Positions 20,732 to 30,225 of a stretch of 64,000 nt of DNA are shown here, one piece after another. Positions within the stretch are counted from its first letter, which is position 1. Every line of letters starts with the position of its first letter. Origin of the DNA: Leptospiraceae bacterium (lineage in GTDB: Bacteria > Spirochaetota > Leptospiria > Leptospirales > Leptonemataceae); NCBI GenBank assembly GCA_040217195.1, contig JAVJNR010000003.1:512001-576000 (forward strand), written 5' to 3'. The translations under genes and the position numbers were made by a program. The notes beneath the pieces were generated by a model. It was not told where the DNA came from, did not search any database, and saw only the letters and a list, made by a program, of their open reading frames with translations.

Positions 20732-20830
20732 GCAACCCAATCCATAGCCTTTTGTCTTGACTCAACGTCCTTTCATTCGAGCATGGACAGGTTCTCCGAA
20801 TTACAGGCCTCTGGCCTTGATACGGCAGAA

Positions 20831-20915
20831 GGAGAGGTGTCCGAGCGGTTTAAGGTGCTTGCTTGGAAAGCAAGTGTGGGGCAACCCACCGGGGGTTCGA
20901 ATCCCCCCCTCTCCG
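20831..20915 (+). tRNA. tRNA-Ser (GGA)
   Basis: Acceptor stem GGAGAGG/CCTCTCC, anticodon arm CTTGC-TTGGAAA-GCAAG, long variable arm GTGGG-GCAA-CCCAC, T arm GGTTCGAATCC. Confidence 0.95.
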
Positions 20916-21129
20916 ATTTATGGGGTCCATCGAGCCCGGAAGGCGAGCCTTCCCTGGCTCGACTTCCGGGCGCTCAGCCGTCCTGGCTTCGCCTTTCGAT
21001 ACACCCCATAAATCGCTTACCCCCCCCCATTCATTAAGTACCAGACCCAATAGGCGATGTCCATGGATGGACAAGTGTCGCGGAGGACACGAGGTCCGAG
21101 AGCGACTGAGCCCTCCTGGCTCGACTTCC
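20914..21129. repeat. Structured palindromic repeat elements (REP/MITE-like) directly after tRNA-Ser
   Basis: 13-bp terminal inverted repeat at 20914-20926 and 21003-21015; the motif GAGCC-loop-GGCTCGACTTCC occurs at 20945 and 21108. Confidence 0.6.
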
Positions 21130-21310
21130 TGACGTTCGGCCCTAACCGGTGGCCAATCCCAGATTGGTCCTGTCTCTACTCTCGCCTTCCAGTTGAGCCT
21201 CGAGGAGCCGCAAAGCCGAATCTGTTAGACCATCGGCCGGGGCTACGATCATTCAGACCTTTCTGCCGACCAAGCTCTGCAATGGAGCAACCGCTATCCT
21301 TTCATCCGTC

Positions 21311-21940
21311 TCAGATCCAGCCAAGTATGCCAGCAAAGACCGCCAGCAGCACAACGTTTACCGCGAACAACGAACCGATCACCATCACCTGGCGACGGGG
21401 CGGCCAGTCGTGGCACAGAAAGGACACCACAAAAAAGGGAATGTAAACGGTTACAAATACGGTGAGCGATCCCCACCAGGGGTAGACCCAGACAAAGGCC
21501 GGTGTCTTCGCGAGGAAGATCTCTATAATAGAAAAGAAAGCAGCGTTTCCCAGGGCAAGCGCAACGCGATTGGGGATTCCAAGGATACGCACCCCCGGAT
21601 CCTCGGGGAGCAGCTTTGAAAGCACGACGCCCGCAATCGAAAACATGAAACTGAGTTCAATGCCCACCCCCACGAGGATCAGGAAAGCCGTTCCAGTGGG
21701 TACAGTCCAGAGGGCATGACCGCTAAAATGCTGTATCAATGCATTTGCGATCTCAAACAGCCAGTGCACCATGTAGAGCGAGAGCCCCGCAGCAATCCCC
21801 TTCCAGTTGCCCTTCGAGTACTCGTTCGTATAGACGTAAACCGTCAACGCCAGAAGTGCGATGACGTACCACTGAAAGTTCGCGCCACTTCGCAGAATGG
21901 CCAGCGCATTGTCGGTTGCTTCAGGCATGTTTAATTGCAT
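21311..21940 (-). CDS. Hypothetical integral membrane protein
   Basis: 209 aa, about six hydrophobic helices, strong GAGGAGG RBS. Confidence 0.8.
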   Translation of the reverse strand: MQLNMPEATDNALAILRSGANFQWYVIALLALTVYVYTNEYSKGNWKGIAAGLSLYMVHWLFEIANALIQHFSGHALWTVPTGTAFLILVGVGIELSFMFSIAGVVLSKLLPEDPGVRILGIPNRVALALGNAAFFSIIEIFLAKTPAFVWVYPWWGSLTVFVTVYIPFFVVSFLCHDWPPRRQVMVIGSLFAVNVVLLAVFAGILGWI

Positions 21941-21960
21941 TGTGATTCCTCCTCTACTTG

Positions 21961-22953
21961 TTAGAGCGCGGCCTCGGCCAAGCCAATATATTCGCTACCC
22001 TTGCTCCAGTGCCAGTCATTGCGGGCGTTGAAGTACATACGCCACTTGCCAGCCTGATCGTCACGGCGGAAGTCGAATGCGTAGACATGACTGCGCATCC
22101 AGGGATACTCTTCCGACGGTGCAATCAGGGGCTCCCTTGCCGTGCGCTCCCAATGCACTCCGTCGGCAGATGCTACGCCCAGAATCGCAGACCGAGAGCG
22201 GCCCTCCCCATCCCGATAGATACTATTCATCATCCCTACGAAGCCGTTGTCTGACGGCATCGCCTTAAGCGATCCGCACCCCATGTTCAACAATGGATCG
22301 CTCTGATCCGGCGCCATGATCGGTTCGGAGAGTGTTTCGTACGGACCGTGTAGCTCTCTGGCGCGCGCCAGGCCAAAATACTTTGGCTCGTTGAAGCCGC
22401 AATCGTCGAGGTGCACCAGGTTGGCCGAATAGAACAATAAAAAGCCGTCGTTTGTGGGGAGTAGACAGGGGTTGCTCACCGACTCCCCATAGCGCGAATC
22501 GCGATGCCAGTCCAGGGTTGGCTTGAGTAGCACAGTGGGCTTGCTCCAGCTGAATAGATCGTCGGAGCTGCGCAGTTCAATCTGGGACCGCCAGCGAATT
22601 GGCAACCAGCCCAGATACAGATGAAAGCGTCGGATCTTCTCATACACGAGATGGTACTGCCCGCCATGACGAAATAGGTAAGGACGCATGGCGTGGGGCA
22701 CAACTCGGCCCTGACGTTTGAAATGAACACCATCGCCCGAGGTGTAGTGAAAGATGCCCTGAAGCGCATGCGCAAACAGATGCATCTGCCCATCGGGGCA
22801 ATCCTGTGCAGGCAAGAAGCTCGGGTCAGCCATGATTGGTGATCGGGGTGGGGGACCGAGCACGGGGTTTTCAGCGTACAGCTGCCAGTCCAGTCTGCTG
22901 AAGTCTGCTGCTCGAATCACCTGTGCCCCTGTCGTCATGGACACAGGCTGCAC
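21961..22953 (-). CDS. Five-bladed beta-propeller glycoside hydrolase (GH43/32/130-like)
   Basis: ENPVL, ADPSF, S.DG..F/W repeats, SNPCL and IGLA at the C-terminus. Confidence 0.7.
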   Translation of the reverse strand: MQPVSMTTGAQVIRAADFSRLDWQLYAENPVLGPPPRSPIMADPSFLPAQDCPDGQMHLFAHALQGIFHYTSGDGVHFKRQGRVVPHAMRPYLFRHGGQYHLVYEKIRRFHLYLGWLPIRWRSQIELRSSDDLFSWSKPTVLLKPTLDWHRDSRYGESVSNPCLLPTNDGFLLFYSANLVHLDDCGFNEPKYFGLARARELHGPYETLSEPIMAPDQSDPLLNMGCGSLKAMPSDNGFVGMMNSIYRDGEGRSRSAILGVASADGVHWERTAREPLIAPSEEYPWMRSHVYAFDFRRDDQAGKWRMYFNARNDWHWSKGSEYIGLAEAAL

Positions 22954-23101
22954 CAGAAGAGCCGGAGTCGCAACTACTAAAATAGCGGAATGTCATCCAT
23001 TTGCACCCCAACACAGATGGGTCGGACGTTCGCCTGGATTGTAGATGGACAGGACCGATGGCCATCTACCTGGACGCCCGGGAGCGACTCCCATGTAACA
23101 C

Positions 23102-23344
23102 GCAGGGCACCTATTTCCGGGCAAGCACTGGGACCCTGATGCCGATCCCACCGTAGGCCTGTTCTCCCACCGCACACATAGTCGCCGGGGACGCAGAAGA
23201 CCCTGGTTCTTGTTCGCTGCCTTTCCCCTGGATCTTTCCTTGCGGGTGGACAATAAGATGACCTACCTCGCTGGCATTTCCATTGTGGCGGTGGCCGTGC
23301 TGAGCTTCTTCGGGTTCGGCCAGCCTCTGAGCAAGGTTCACTGA
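23102..23344 (+). pseudogene. Remnant of a GPH/MelB-family (MFS_2) sugar:cation symporter
   Basis: An unannotated frame reads GKHWDPDADPTVGLFSHRTHSRRGRRRPWFLFAAFPL, matching the GPH motif WDAxxDPxxGxxSDRTxxRxGRRRPW. It has an in-frame TAA upstream and stops after about 80 codons. Confidence 0.7.
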
Positions 23345-24282
23345 ATCGCCAATGATTCGATCGGTTCAGACAAGTCCTGCGCCGCCGATTCTAACTGTTG
23401 TCTTAAATTCTTAATGTCCCGGGATGGAGCGAGCCCAAATAGTCTGGAGTAATCCCGGCTAAACTGCGACGGACTTTCATAGCCCACCGAATAAGCTACG
23501 GATGTTATATCCTCCGTTTCAGTAGCCAGAAGCTTTCTTCCTTCCTGTAACCGCAGTTGTTTCTGAAATTGTATGGGACTCAGGCCAGTCAATTGCTTGA
23601 AGTGCTGGTAGAAAGCAGACGGGCTCATATCTGCAATCCGAGCCAGGCTCTCCACTCTTACACTTTCAGAAAAATCACGTCTCAGTTTCTCAATACTTCT
23701 GGAAATGCGCAGCACACCACTACCCTGAACAGCCAGATCGTAGAGAACACCAGAAAACCGAGACTGCATCAAATAGTATGTGATCTCTTTTAATATCAAC
23801 GGAGCCAGAATTTCGATATCGCTCTGTCGTCCCAGAGATCGCATTAGCCTTAAATAGGCATCTGTCATCGCATTTTTTGCATCATCCAGAAATACGCCAG
23901 CACTACCGAGATCGTCTGGTTTCCGAAAGTCCGTAGCGCTGGCAATCTCGTAAATGATGGCAGAGTCCAGTCTAAGGATTAAGGCCAGGTAGGGCTTTGC
24001 TGAAGTGGCTCTGGTTACCCTGCCAACCACCGGCAGGTTTGCGGACGAGGCGAAGAACAACCCCGGTTCGCACTGATAAACCTTTTGCCCCACCGTAACA
24101 TCCTTCGCACCCTGCACAATAAAACAAACCGATGGCTCGTAAATAGAGTGCTGCGGTCCTGATAGCACATCACTTCGAATAATTTTCAATGCGTCCAGAG
24201 GAGTTTCAGCCAGCGTACCTGCCCTGGAAAACTCCATTGTTCTTGCTATTAGTTCGGATGGTATTTGTGCATTATCAGACAT
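23338..24282 (-). CDS. AraC-family regulator with AraC_N domain (YqhC-like)
   Basis: YEPSVCFIVQGAK, MSPSAFYQHFK, SPIQFQKQLRLQE and VGYESPSQFSRDYSRLFG. Confidence 0.92.
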   Translation of the reverse strand: MSDNAQIPSELIARTMEFSRAGTLAETPLDALKIIRSDVLSGPQHSIYEPSVCFIVQGAKDVTVGQKVYQCEPGLFFASSANLPVVGRVTRATSAKPYLALILRLDSAIIYEIASATDFRKPDDLGSAGVFLDDAKNAMTDAYLRLMRSLGRQSDIEILAPLILKEITYYLMQSRFSGVLYDLAVQGSGVLRISRSIEKLRRDFSESVRVESLARIADMSPSAFYQHFKQLTGLSPIQFQKQLRLQEGRKLLATETEDITSVAYSVGYESPSQFSRDYSRLFGLAPSRDIKNLRQQLESAAQDLSEPIESLAIQ

Positions 24283-24305
24283 GAAAACACTCCTAAATAG
24301 GCTGA

Positions 24306-25082
24306 CTAAAAAACTCCGCCTCTTGCTGCCGTCATACTTTGATTGAATTCATCGAAAAACTTCTGGTATTCCGCATGGCCTTTTTCTGAAGCGAATCTAA
24401 GAGGTTGTACTCTTTCCACCAGTATCTCCTTAGAATCTGGATTTTTTTCGATTTGTTGCATAACTTCGGCAATAAATTCCTCCAGAGGCATGGCCATTGG
24501 ATCCTTTGCCTGAGCCTCACCTGTTAATTCGGTTTGCACATACGGAGGAGCCAACTCCACTACTCGAACCTGAGTATCCTTCAGCTGGTACCGGAGGCTC
24601 TCTGTATACGAATGCAATCCGGCTTTGGATGCACAATAGCCGGGATACATTGCCAGAGGAATGAACGCCAGGCCGGAAGTAACTGTCATTATCATGGCTG
24701 ATGGTCTTTGCACGAAATGAGGAATCAGCACATTATTCAACAGCATGGGTCCCAGTAGATTGATAGCCACAGTTTCCATCTGAATTTCCGATGACGGTCC
24801 AGAGACCAGGCTTTCTGATTTCATTATCCCGGCATTATGAACGATGCCATTCAACTCCGGAAAATCGGCCAGGATTTTCTGCCCTACCGATTGGATTTCT
24901 CCGGGATCAGTCATATCCATGCGATAGGTGGAGAATCCCAGATCCGCAGCATTTTTCAATTTGGCCTCCGATCGGTTAGCGATCAGTACCGTATTTCCGC
25001 GATTTCGAAACTCCTGAGCCAGGGCCAGACCAATGCCGGATCCTCCTCCTGTAATCAGTATTGTATTACCTTGCAATTTCAT
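24306..25082 (-). CDS. Short-chain dehydrogenase/reductase (DltE-like)
   Basis: ITGGGSGIG, NAGI, YCASKAG and LRYQL; GGAGG RBS before ATG 25082. Confidence 0.92.
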   Translation of the reverse strand: MKLQGNTILITGGGSGIGLALAQEFRNRGNTVLIANRSEAKLKNAADLGFSTYRMDMTDPGEIQSVGQKILADFPELNGIVHNAGIMKSESLVSGPSSEIQMETVAINLLGPMLLNNVLIPHFVQRPSAMIMTVTSGLAFIPLAMYPGYCASKAGLHSYTESLRYQLKDTQVRVVELAPPYVQTELTGEAQAKDPMAMPLEEFIAEVMQQIEKNPDSKEILVERVQPLRFASEKGHAEYQKFFDEFNQSMTAARGGVF

Positions 25083-25138
25083 ATTTGCCTCCATTTGATT
25101 CTATATGCAAGGCATTCCCGGTCGATAGCGACCATATC

Positions 25139-25167
25139 GATCCTCCGAAGCATTTGCCTGATCCTCC
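25139..25167 (-). promoter_or_regulatory. Candidate AraC-type direct-repeat site upstream of the SDR gene
   Basis: GATCCTCC at 25139 and 25160, a 21-bp period. Confidence 0.45.
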
Positions 25168-25230
25168 AGGAATAAGAGCGGCCCATATCCGAAAAAAGAC
25201 TGAGTCCTTGCTAATGCGGACTCAGTTTCC

Positions 25231-25458
25231 CTACAATCTACTTCGCTTCGCAAAGAGAAAGCCTGCTATTTCACGATATTTCATTTTCGCTTCAGTCTCT
25301 CTGCCCTGCCTAAGTACCAGCATGACCTCCGAATGAGGTCCGAGTGGAGCATCCCTGTATTCTAGTTTAAGCTCATCAAGCAGGAATGCTACGGTCCGCT
25401 CCTGTGTTCCCACTCGCTGCTTTAATTCGACTTTGTTTTTCCATGCCAGAGTATTCAA
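25231..25458 (-). CDS. Small hypothetical protein or remnant, weakly like L7/L12 C-terminal-domain-like small proteins
   Basis: LxLEYxD...EVxxxxRQGRxxEAxxxYRExxG pattern; a GACTGAGTCC/GGACTCAGTT hairpin lies downstream. Confidence 0.35.
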   Translation of the reverse strand: MNTLAWKNKVELKQRVGTQERTVAFLLDELKLEYRDAPLGPHSEVMLVLRQGRETEAKMKYREIAGFLFAKRSRL

Positions 25459-25581
25459 TGAGCGGAAAGGGAAATTAGATCAAGATATTCCATTGATTTT
25501 TCTGCCATTGACGCTGCAAAGACAGCTCATTTCAGCCGCTATACACCTTGACTCAGAGTCATGGATTCTTAGAGTTCCGCA

Positions 25582-26277
25582 ATGAATCCGCTTCCAATTC
25601 TCCGGTGGGTGATAGCTCTACCAATTGCCTGGATTTTCTTCGGCTGCAGCACCTATGCTTCCAGGTATTATCAAATGCCGGTATCCGAAAACAGTGCCTG
25701 GACAATTGGAGAGAAAGAGATGCCCGAACCCTATTCTCCAGTTTCGTACGCAGAGTTCAGCAACGATGACCTTCTGGTTCGAATTAGTGTTCCCCTGAGC
25801 GGACGTCGACAACACACAGTGGGGCCATGCCTGCTACCTCTAATCCCTGTAAGAAGAGATTATCGGACGGACCTGTACATAAACATTGAGATACAGGCAA
25901 ATGCAGAAAGCGAATTGATCATTGATCCGGGACAATGGACATTAGAGATTATTGGACCGGGGCAAGACTGTCTTGATTGCGAAGAGACAACAAGGACACT
26001 ATCGCCACACCATATTCAAATCAAAAGGTATACCGGAGCAACGGATCTGGAGCGAATGGACGTCGGTCCGGCTGTGAACTGGAACGGCAATGCAGATCTG
26101 AGGCTGCTCACAATCACAGGCGGAGATATAACCTTCCACACATTTACACTGAAGAATCTCTCCTTTGACGTGAACGGAGAATTAGTGCAGCTGCCACCAA
26201 TTACCTTTCATCGAAAAAGTCGAATGGATTATACTCCCTGGACGACCGATGCGCTAGAAATTATTCTGCCTCGCTAG
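25582..26277 (+). CDS. Hypothetical lipoprotein
   Basis: Signal peptide ending WIFFGC; 231 aa. Confidence 0.7.
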   Translation: MNPLPILRWVIALPIAWIFFGCSTYASRYYQMPVSENSAWTIGEKEMPEPYSPVSYAEFSNDDLLVRISVPLSGRRQHTVGPCLLPLIPVRRDYRTDLYINIEIQANAESELIIDPGQWTLEIIGPGQDCLDCEETTRTLSPHHIQIKRYTGATDLERMDVGPAVNWNGNADLRLLTITGGDITFHTFTLKNLSFDVNGELVQLPPITFHRKSRMDYTPWTTDALEIILPR

Positions 26278-26342
26278 CTCGCCTCTACCGGTATGTCTTT
26301 TGCTGGACCGGCTCGAACCGTCCCACCCGAATAGTAAAAAGT

Positions 26343-26879
26343 ATGGATAATACGATCCCTGTGGATATACTGCTCAAGCATCGCTCAAAGCTTCTGGCTT
26401 TTGTGAGGAATCGGCTGGGAGATGCGGACCTGGCAGAAGATTTATTTCAGGAAGCACTACTTCGAGCAATTCGAAAGGCTCCTGAAGTGGACGAGGAAGA
26501 GCAACTGCTGGCCTGGTTTTACCGGGTTTTGAGAAATGCCATCATAGACCAGTATAGAAGAAATGCTGCGGAAGAAAGAAGAGTAGAATCAGTAGCAGCA
26601 ACTCTTTCAGATTCGGATTTCCAGGAGGTGGAAAAAGAACTCTGCCAATGTTTTCTGGAATTACTTCCTGCCCTTAAACCGGAGTACAGGGAAATGATCG
26701 AGAAGCTGGAGCTGGGCCATGAAGATCCAGAAAAGGCTGCTTTCAGACTGGGTATCGAACGAAACAACTTAAAGGTGCGTCGTCACAGAGCCCGGCAGCA
26801 GCTCAAAGAAAGACTGGAGCAGACATGCCGCACCTGTGCCGAACACGGCTGCCTGGATTGCACCTGCAAGAAAGGGTAA
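26343..26879 (+). CDS. CorE-like ECF sigma factor with CxC linker and Cys-rich C-terminal domain
   Basis: Sigma2 (AEDLFQEA, WFYRVLRNAIID), LCQC linker, sigma4 (KVRRHRAR) and C-terminal CRTCAEHGCLDCTC. Confidence 0.88.
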   Translation: MDNTIPVDILLKHRSKLLAFVRNRLGDADLAEDLFQEALLRAIRKAPEVDEEEQLLAWFYRVLRNAIIDQYRRNAAEERRVESVAATLSDSDFQEVEKELCQCFLELLPALKPEYREMIEKLELGHEDPEKAAFRLGIERNNLKVRRHRARQQLKERLEQTCRTCAEHGCLDCTCKKG

Positions 26880-27029
26880 GACTTTCAATCTAATTCACTG
26901 AAGTCTTCGGCCAGAGATAGGCTGCTGCATTCTACTCACTTATTTCGGGAATCAAATCATTCATCGGCCGAAAGCATTTCCGCATTAACGGTAGATCCTG
27001 CCTTCGGCCGGAGAATGGCTAAAGCAACT

Positions 27030-27512
27030 TTACTCTACGTACATCAGTCCCACCATGCCGGCCTCTCTATGTCCGGGAATCGAGCAATAATACTCATAGG
27101 TCCCGGAGCGAATTGCTCGAAATTTCAATCTGGCATTCTGACCTGGACCTGCCATCAGATGTAATTGATCCGCGGATACAGGGTGGTTATGATCTGGATG
27201 ATGGGCATCCGCATTCTGGGTATGGGCCTTTGTTGCGTTGCCCATTATGCTGGACTGGTCCGCTTGCCCACCAGGGATTCGCATATTCCAGTCATGGAGA
27301 ATCCTTCCGTCATTTTTGAACTCAATCAAAACCTCGTCACCCTCTCTGACACGAAAGGAAATCGGCAAAAACTCCATTTCCTGCGCCACGATGCGTATCC
27401 TGGGCGCGGCATCCAACGGCTCCTTCTCTATCAGCTGATTTCTCTCAGCGTCCTGGCGGCAGCCAATGAACATCATTATCAACAGAAACGTTACTCTGGG
27501 TAGTCTGACCAT
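27030..27512 (-). CDS. Cupredoxin (blue copper) lipoprotein with His-rich insert
   Basis: AGGAG RBS and ATG 27512; lipobox MFIGC; type-1 Cu ligands H...CSIPGHREAGM; HHPDHNH insert. Confidence 0.85.
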   Translation of the reverse strand: MVRLPRVTFLLIMMFIGCRQDAERNQLIEKEPLDAAPRIRIVAQEMEFLPISFRVREGDEVLIEFKNDGRILHDWNMRIPGGQADQSSIMGNATKAHTQNADAHHPDHNHPVSADQLHLMAGPGQNARLKFRAIRSGTYEYYCSIPGHREAGMVGLMYVE

Positions 27513-27549
27513 AATTGTACTCCTTTTCCGGGGTTGTCCCCTGCTCTTT

Positions 27550-27576
27550 AAACGCAAAGGCACCAAAAGGGTTACA
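27550..27576 (-). promoter_or_regulatory. ECF-type promoter for the cupredoxin gene
   Basis: The minus strand reads TGTAAC-CCTTTTGGTGCCTTTG(16)-CGTTT. Confidence 0.7.
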
Positions 27577-27609
27577 ACGGCACGGAACGGCCCGTCCAAA
27601 AAAAAAGAC

Positions 27610-27636
27610 TGTAACCGGCTCGACTGAGCTCCGTTT
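27610..27636 (+). promoter_or_regulatory. ECF-type promoter for copZ-copA
   Basis: TGTAAC-CGGCTCGACTGAGCTC(16)-CGTTT. Confidence 0.7.
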
Positions 27637-27683
27637 GCCCTGGATAGAGCGGCCAGAATGGTTCGTTCAACAGGAGTATGATA

Positions 27684-27902
27684 ATGAAGACCATAGAATT
27701 CAAAATCGAAGGAATGAGCTGTAGCCATTGCGTACAGACTGCTCAAGAGGCCCTGTCCGGTCTGGGAATCCAGGCGAAGCCAGATCTAGAGACCGGAATT
27801 ACAAAAGCGACGATGTACGAATCCGTCAGCGTGGACGAGATTCGCAGAGCTTTAGAGCGCGAAGGATACCGAGTAATTACCGGAGGAGCAAACGAAAACT
27901 GA
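27684..27902 (+). CDS. copZ: Copper chaperone (HMA domain)
   Basis: IEGMSCSHC motif; AGGAG RBS; lies upstream of copA. Confidence 0.88.
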   Translation: MKTIEFKIEGMSCSHCVQTAQEALSGLGIQAKPDLETGITKATMYESVSVDEIRRALEREGYRVITGGANEN

Positions 27903-27966
27903 GAATGAAGCCAGCGACTCCGCTCTGAAAAAGACCGGATCGCTGGCATTTCTAGAGGATATACCA

Positions 27967-30159
27967 ATGCCAAAAACAACATTTGAGATATCAGGGATGA
28001 CCTGCGCCAACTGTGCTCTAAGAATTGAACGAGGTCTATCCGGAATGCCAGGAGTAAGGAAGGCCTACGTCAACTTCGCGGTGGAAACAGCTACAGTGGA
28101 ATACTCGGAGATTGCAGATTCCGCTGAATTCATTAAGAAAGTGCGGACTCTGGGTTATGGCGCTCGTGAGCAATCCAAAACAGTTGATGAGTTCGCGGAG
28201 TCGAAACAGGCTCAGCATTACAATCGAATGTTCTGGACCTGGATTGCTTCAGCACTGCTTTCTGCTCCCCTGGCCTACACCATGGCGGCCCACCTGGGAC
28301 TAAATTTTCTGCCTGTGCCTCAATGGCTGATGAATCCCTATCTACAACTTATCCTGGCTACTCCGGTGCAATTTATTATTGGGGCACGATTCTATTCAGG
28401 TGCTTACCGAGCCCTTCGGGCTGGGAGCGCAAACATGGACACACTGGTGGCCGTAGGCACCTCCGCCGCATTCTTCTACAGCCTGTATATGAGCATCCAG
28501 GGAGCAGCGCATGAAGGTCTTTATTATGAAACAAGTGCAGTACTGATTACCCTGATTCTTCTCGGTAAACTGATGGAAGCGAAAGCGAAAGGTAGAACAT
28601 CGTCCGCCATCAGAAAACTTCTACAGTTGCAAGCCAGGACAGCATTGTTGGAGCGTAATGGTCAGGAGATCATGGTGCCTCTGGAAGAAGTAGTAGCCGG
28701 CGATATAGTCCGAGTTCGGCCGGGAGAGGTAATTCCTGTCGATGGATCAGTTCTGGAAGGGGAATCAGCGGTGAATGAAGCGATGATTACTGGAGAAAGC
28801 ATGCCGGTAGAAAAGAAATCCGGCGATTCGGTGATCGGTTCAACTCTCAATCAATTTGGCTTCTTGAGAATTCGCACAGAAAAAGTCGGCAGCGAAGCGA
28901 CGCTGGCCAGAATCGTACATGCAGTTCGAGAGGCCCAGGCTATGCGAGCCCCCATACAGAGGTTTGCCGACCGGGTATCCTCTGTATTCACTCCTGCAAT
29001 CCTTCTGGCCGCAGCTTTAACTTTTATTGGATGGTATTTTCTCATCGAGCCTCAGAATCTTTCGGGGGCTCTGGAAAAAGCCATAGCTGTACTGGTTATC
29101 GCCTGTCCCTGTGCTCTGGGCCTGGCAACCCCCACCTCTATAATGGCCGGCTCCGGTCGGGGAGCCGAAATGGGAGTTCTATTTCGCGGGGGTGAGCATC
29201 TGGAAGGCGCTGGATCCCTTCAAATCATTGCCCTGGATAAGACCGGGACCATTACAAAAGGCCAGCCGGTGGTTCGAGCGCTGGAAAGTATTGGGAACAA
29301 GTCCAACGTGGAACTGCTCCGGATGGCAGCGGCAGTGGAGAAAAACAGCGAGCATCCACTGGCAGAGGCAATACTCAACGAAGCCAGGAAGCGATCTGTG
29401 GGAATTCAATCCCCCGAATCCTTTCAAGTATATCCTGGCGGTGGTGTGGAGGCCGAAGTAAACGGTGCTTCCCTTTTACTGGGTTCGCCCTCCTTTTTAA
29501 AGAGTCGGAATGTGCCTGTGATCATGGAGGAGCGAGTGGCTGATCTTGAGCAGCAGGGAATGACTGTTGTTATCCTGGCAATGGATGGCGTAGCCCAGGG
29601 AGTCATTGGAATTGCAGATGAGATTCGACCGGAAGCTCCGGAGGTAATGAAGCAGCTTCGTCAGCTGGGGATGGAGCTGGTGATGATAACCGGCGACAAC
29701 CGTCGTACTGCGGCTGCAATTGCCCGCCAGGTGGGAATCGAGAGATACCTTGCAGAAGTGCGACCGGAGGAAAAAGGACAGGCGATCGAGGAGCTAAAAA
29801 AGGCAGGTAAATCCGTGGCCATGGTGGGCGACGGAATAAACGATGCCCCGGCTCTGGCAGCAGCCGATGTGGGTATTGCTATGGGCAGCGGATCCGATAT
29901 CGCAATCGAAAGCGCAGATGTAGCTCTCATGAGCAGCGATCTCCACGGATTGGTACGCCTGGTCAGACTTGCAAGAATGACCATGAGCAATGTCCGGCAG
30001 AATCTATTCTGGGCTCTGGCATATAACACTCTGGGGATACCAGTGGCCGCCCTGGGATTTCTGGCTCCCTGGCTTGCGGGGGCAGCCATGGCCTTGAGTT
30101 CTGTATCTGTAACCTTAAACGCCCTGCGATTGCAGCGTTTCGCCAGCAATAAAAATTAA
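27967..30159 (+). CDS. copA: Copper-exporting P1B-type ATPase
   Basis: GMTCANC HMA domain, TGES, CPC, DKTGT, SEHPLA, GDGIND, YN and MALSS Cu(I) P1B-1 signatures. Confidence 0.95.
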   Translation: MPKTTFEISGMTCANCALRIERGLSGMPGVRKAYVNFAVETATVEYSEIADSAEFIKKVRTLGYGAREQSKTVDEFAESKQAQHYNRMFWTWIASALLSAPLAYTMAAHLGLNFLPVPQWLMNPYLQLILATPVQFIIGARFYSGAYRALRAGSANMDTLVAVGTSAAFFYSLYMSIQGAAHEGLYYETSAVLITLILLGKLMEAKAKGRTSSAIRKLLQLQARTALLERNGQEIMVPLEEVVAGDIVRVRPGEVIPVDGSVLEGESAVNEAMITGESMPVEKKSGDSVIGSTLNQFGFLRIRTEKVGSEATLARIVHAVREAQAMRAPIQRFADRVSSVFTPAILLAAALTFIGWYFLIEPQNLSGALEKAIAVLVIACPCALGLATPTSIMAGSGRGAEMGVLFRGGEHLEGAGSLQIIALDKTGTITKGQPVVRALESIGNKSNVELLRMAAAVEKNSEHPLAEAILNEARKRSVGIQSPESFQVYPGGGVEAEVNGASLLLGSPSFLKSRNVPVIMEERVADLEQQGMTVVILAMDGVAQGVIGIADEIRPEAPEVMKQLRQLGMELVMITGDNRRTAAAIARQVGIERYLAEVRPEEKGQAIEELKKAGKSVAMVGDGINDAPALAAADVGIAMGSGSDIAIESADVALMSSDLHGLVRLVRLARMTMSNVRQNLFWALAYNTLGIPVAALGFLAPWLAGAAMALSSVSVTLNALRLQRFASNKN

Positions 30160-30225
30160 CCCCGGCGTTCCTAATAGCGGGCCGAATCCAGATAGATTTC
30201 CGGATTCGGCTCTTTCTTCCCGTGC

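Noticed and set aside
20757..21446. Several short ORFs around tRNA-Ser
   Set aside because: They overlap the tRNA and the GC-rich hairpin elements and have no protein-like features.
27513..27746. Long N-terminus of the cupredoxin ORF
   Set aside because: It overlaps copZ and both promoters; the RBS and lipoprotein signal support ATG 27512.
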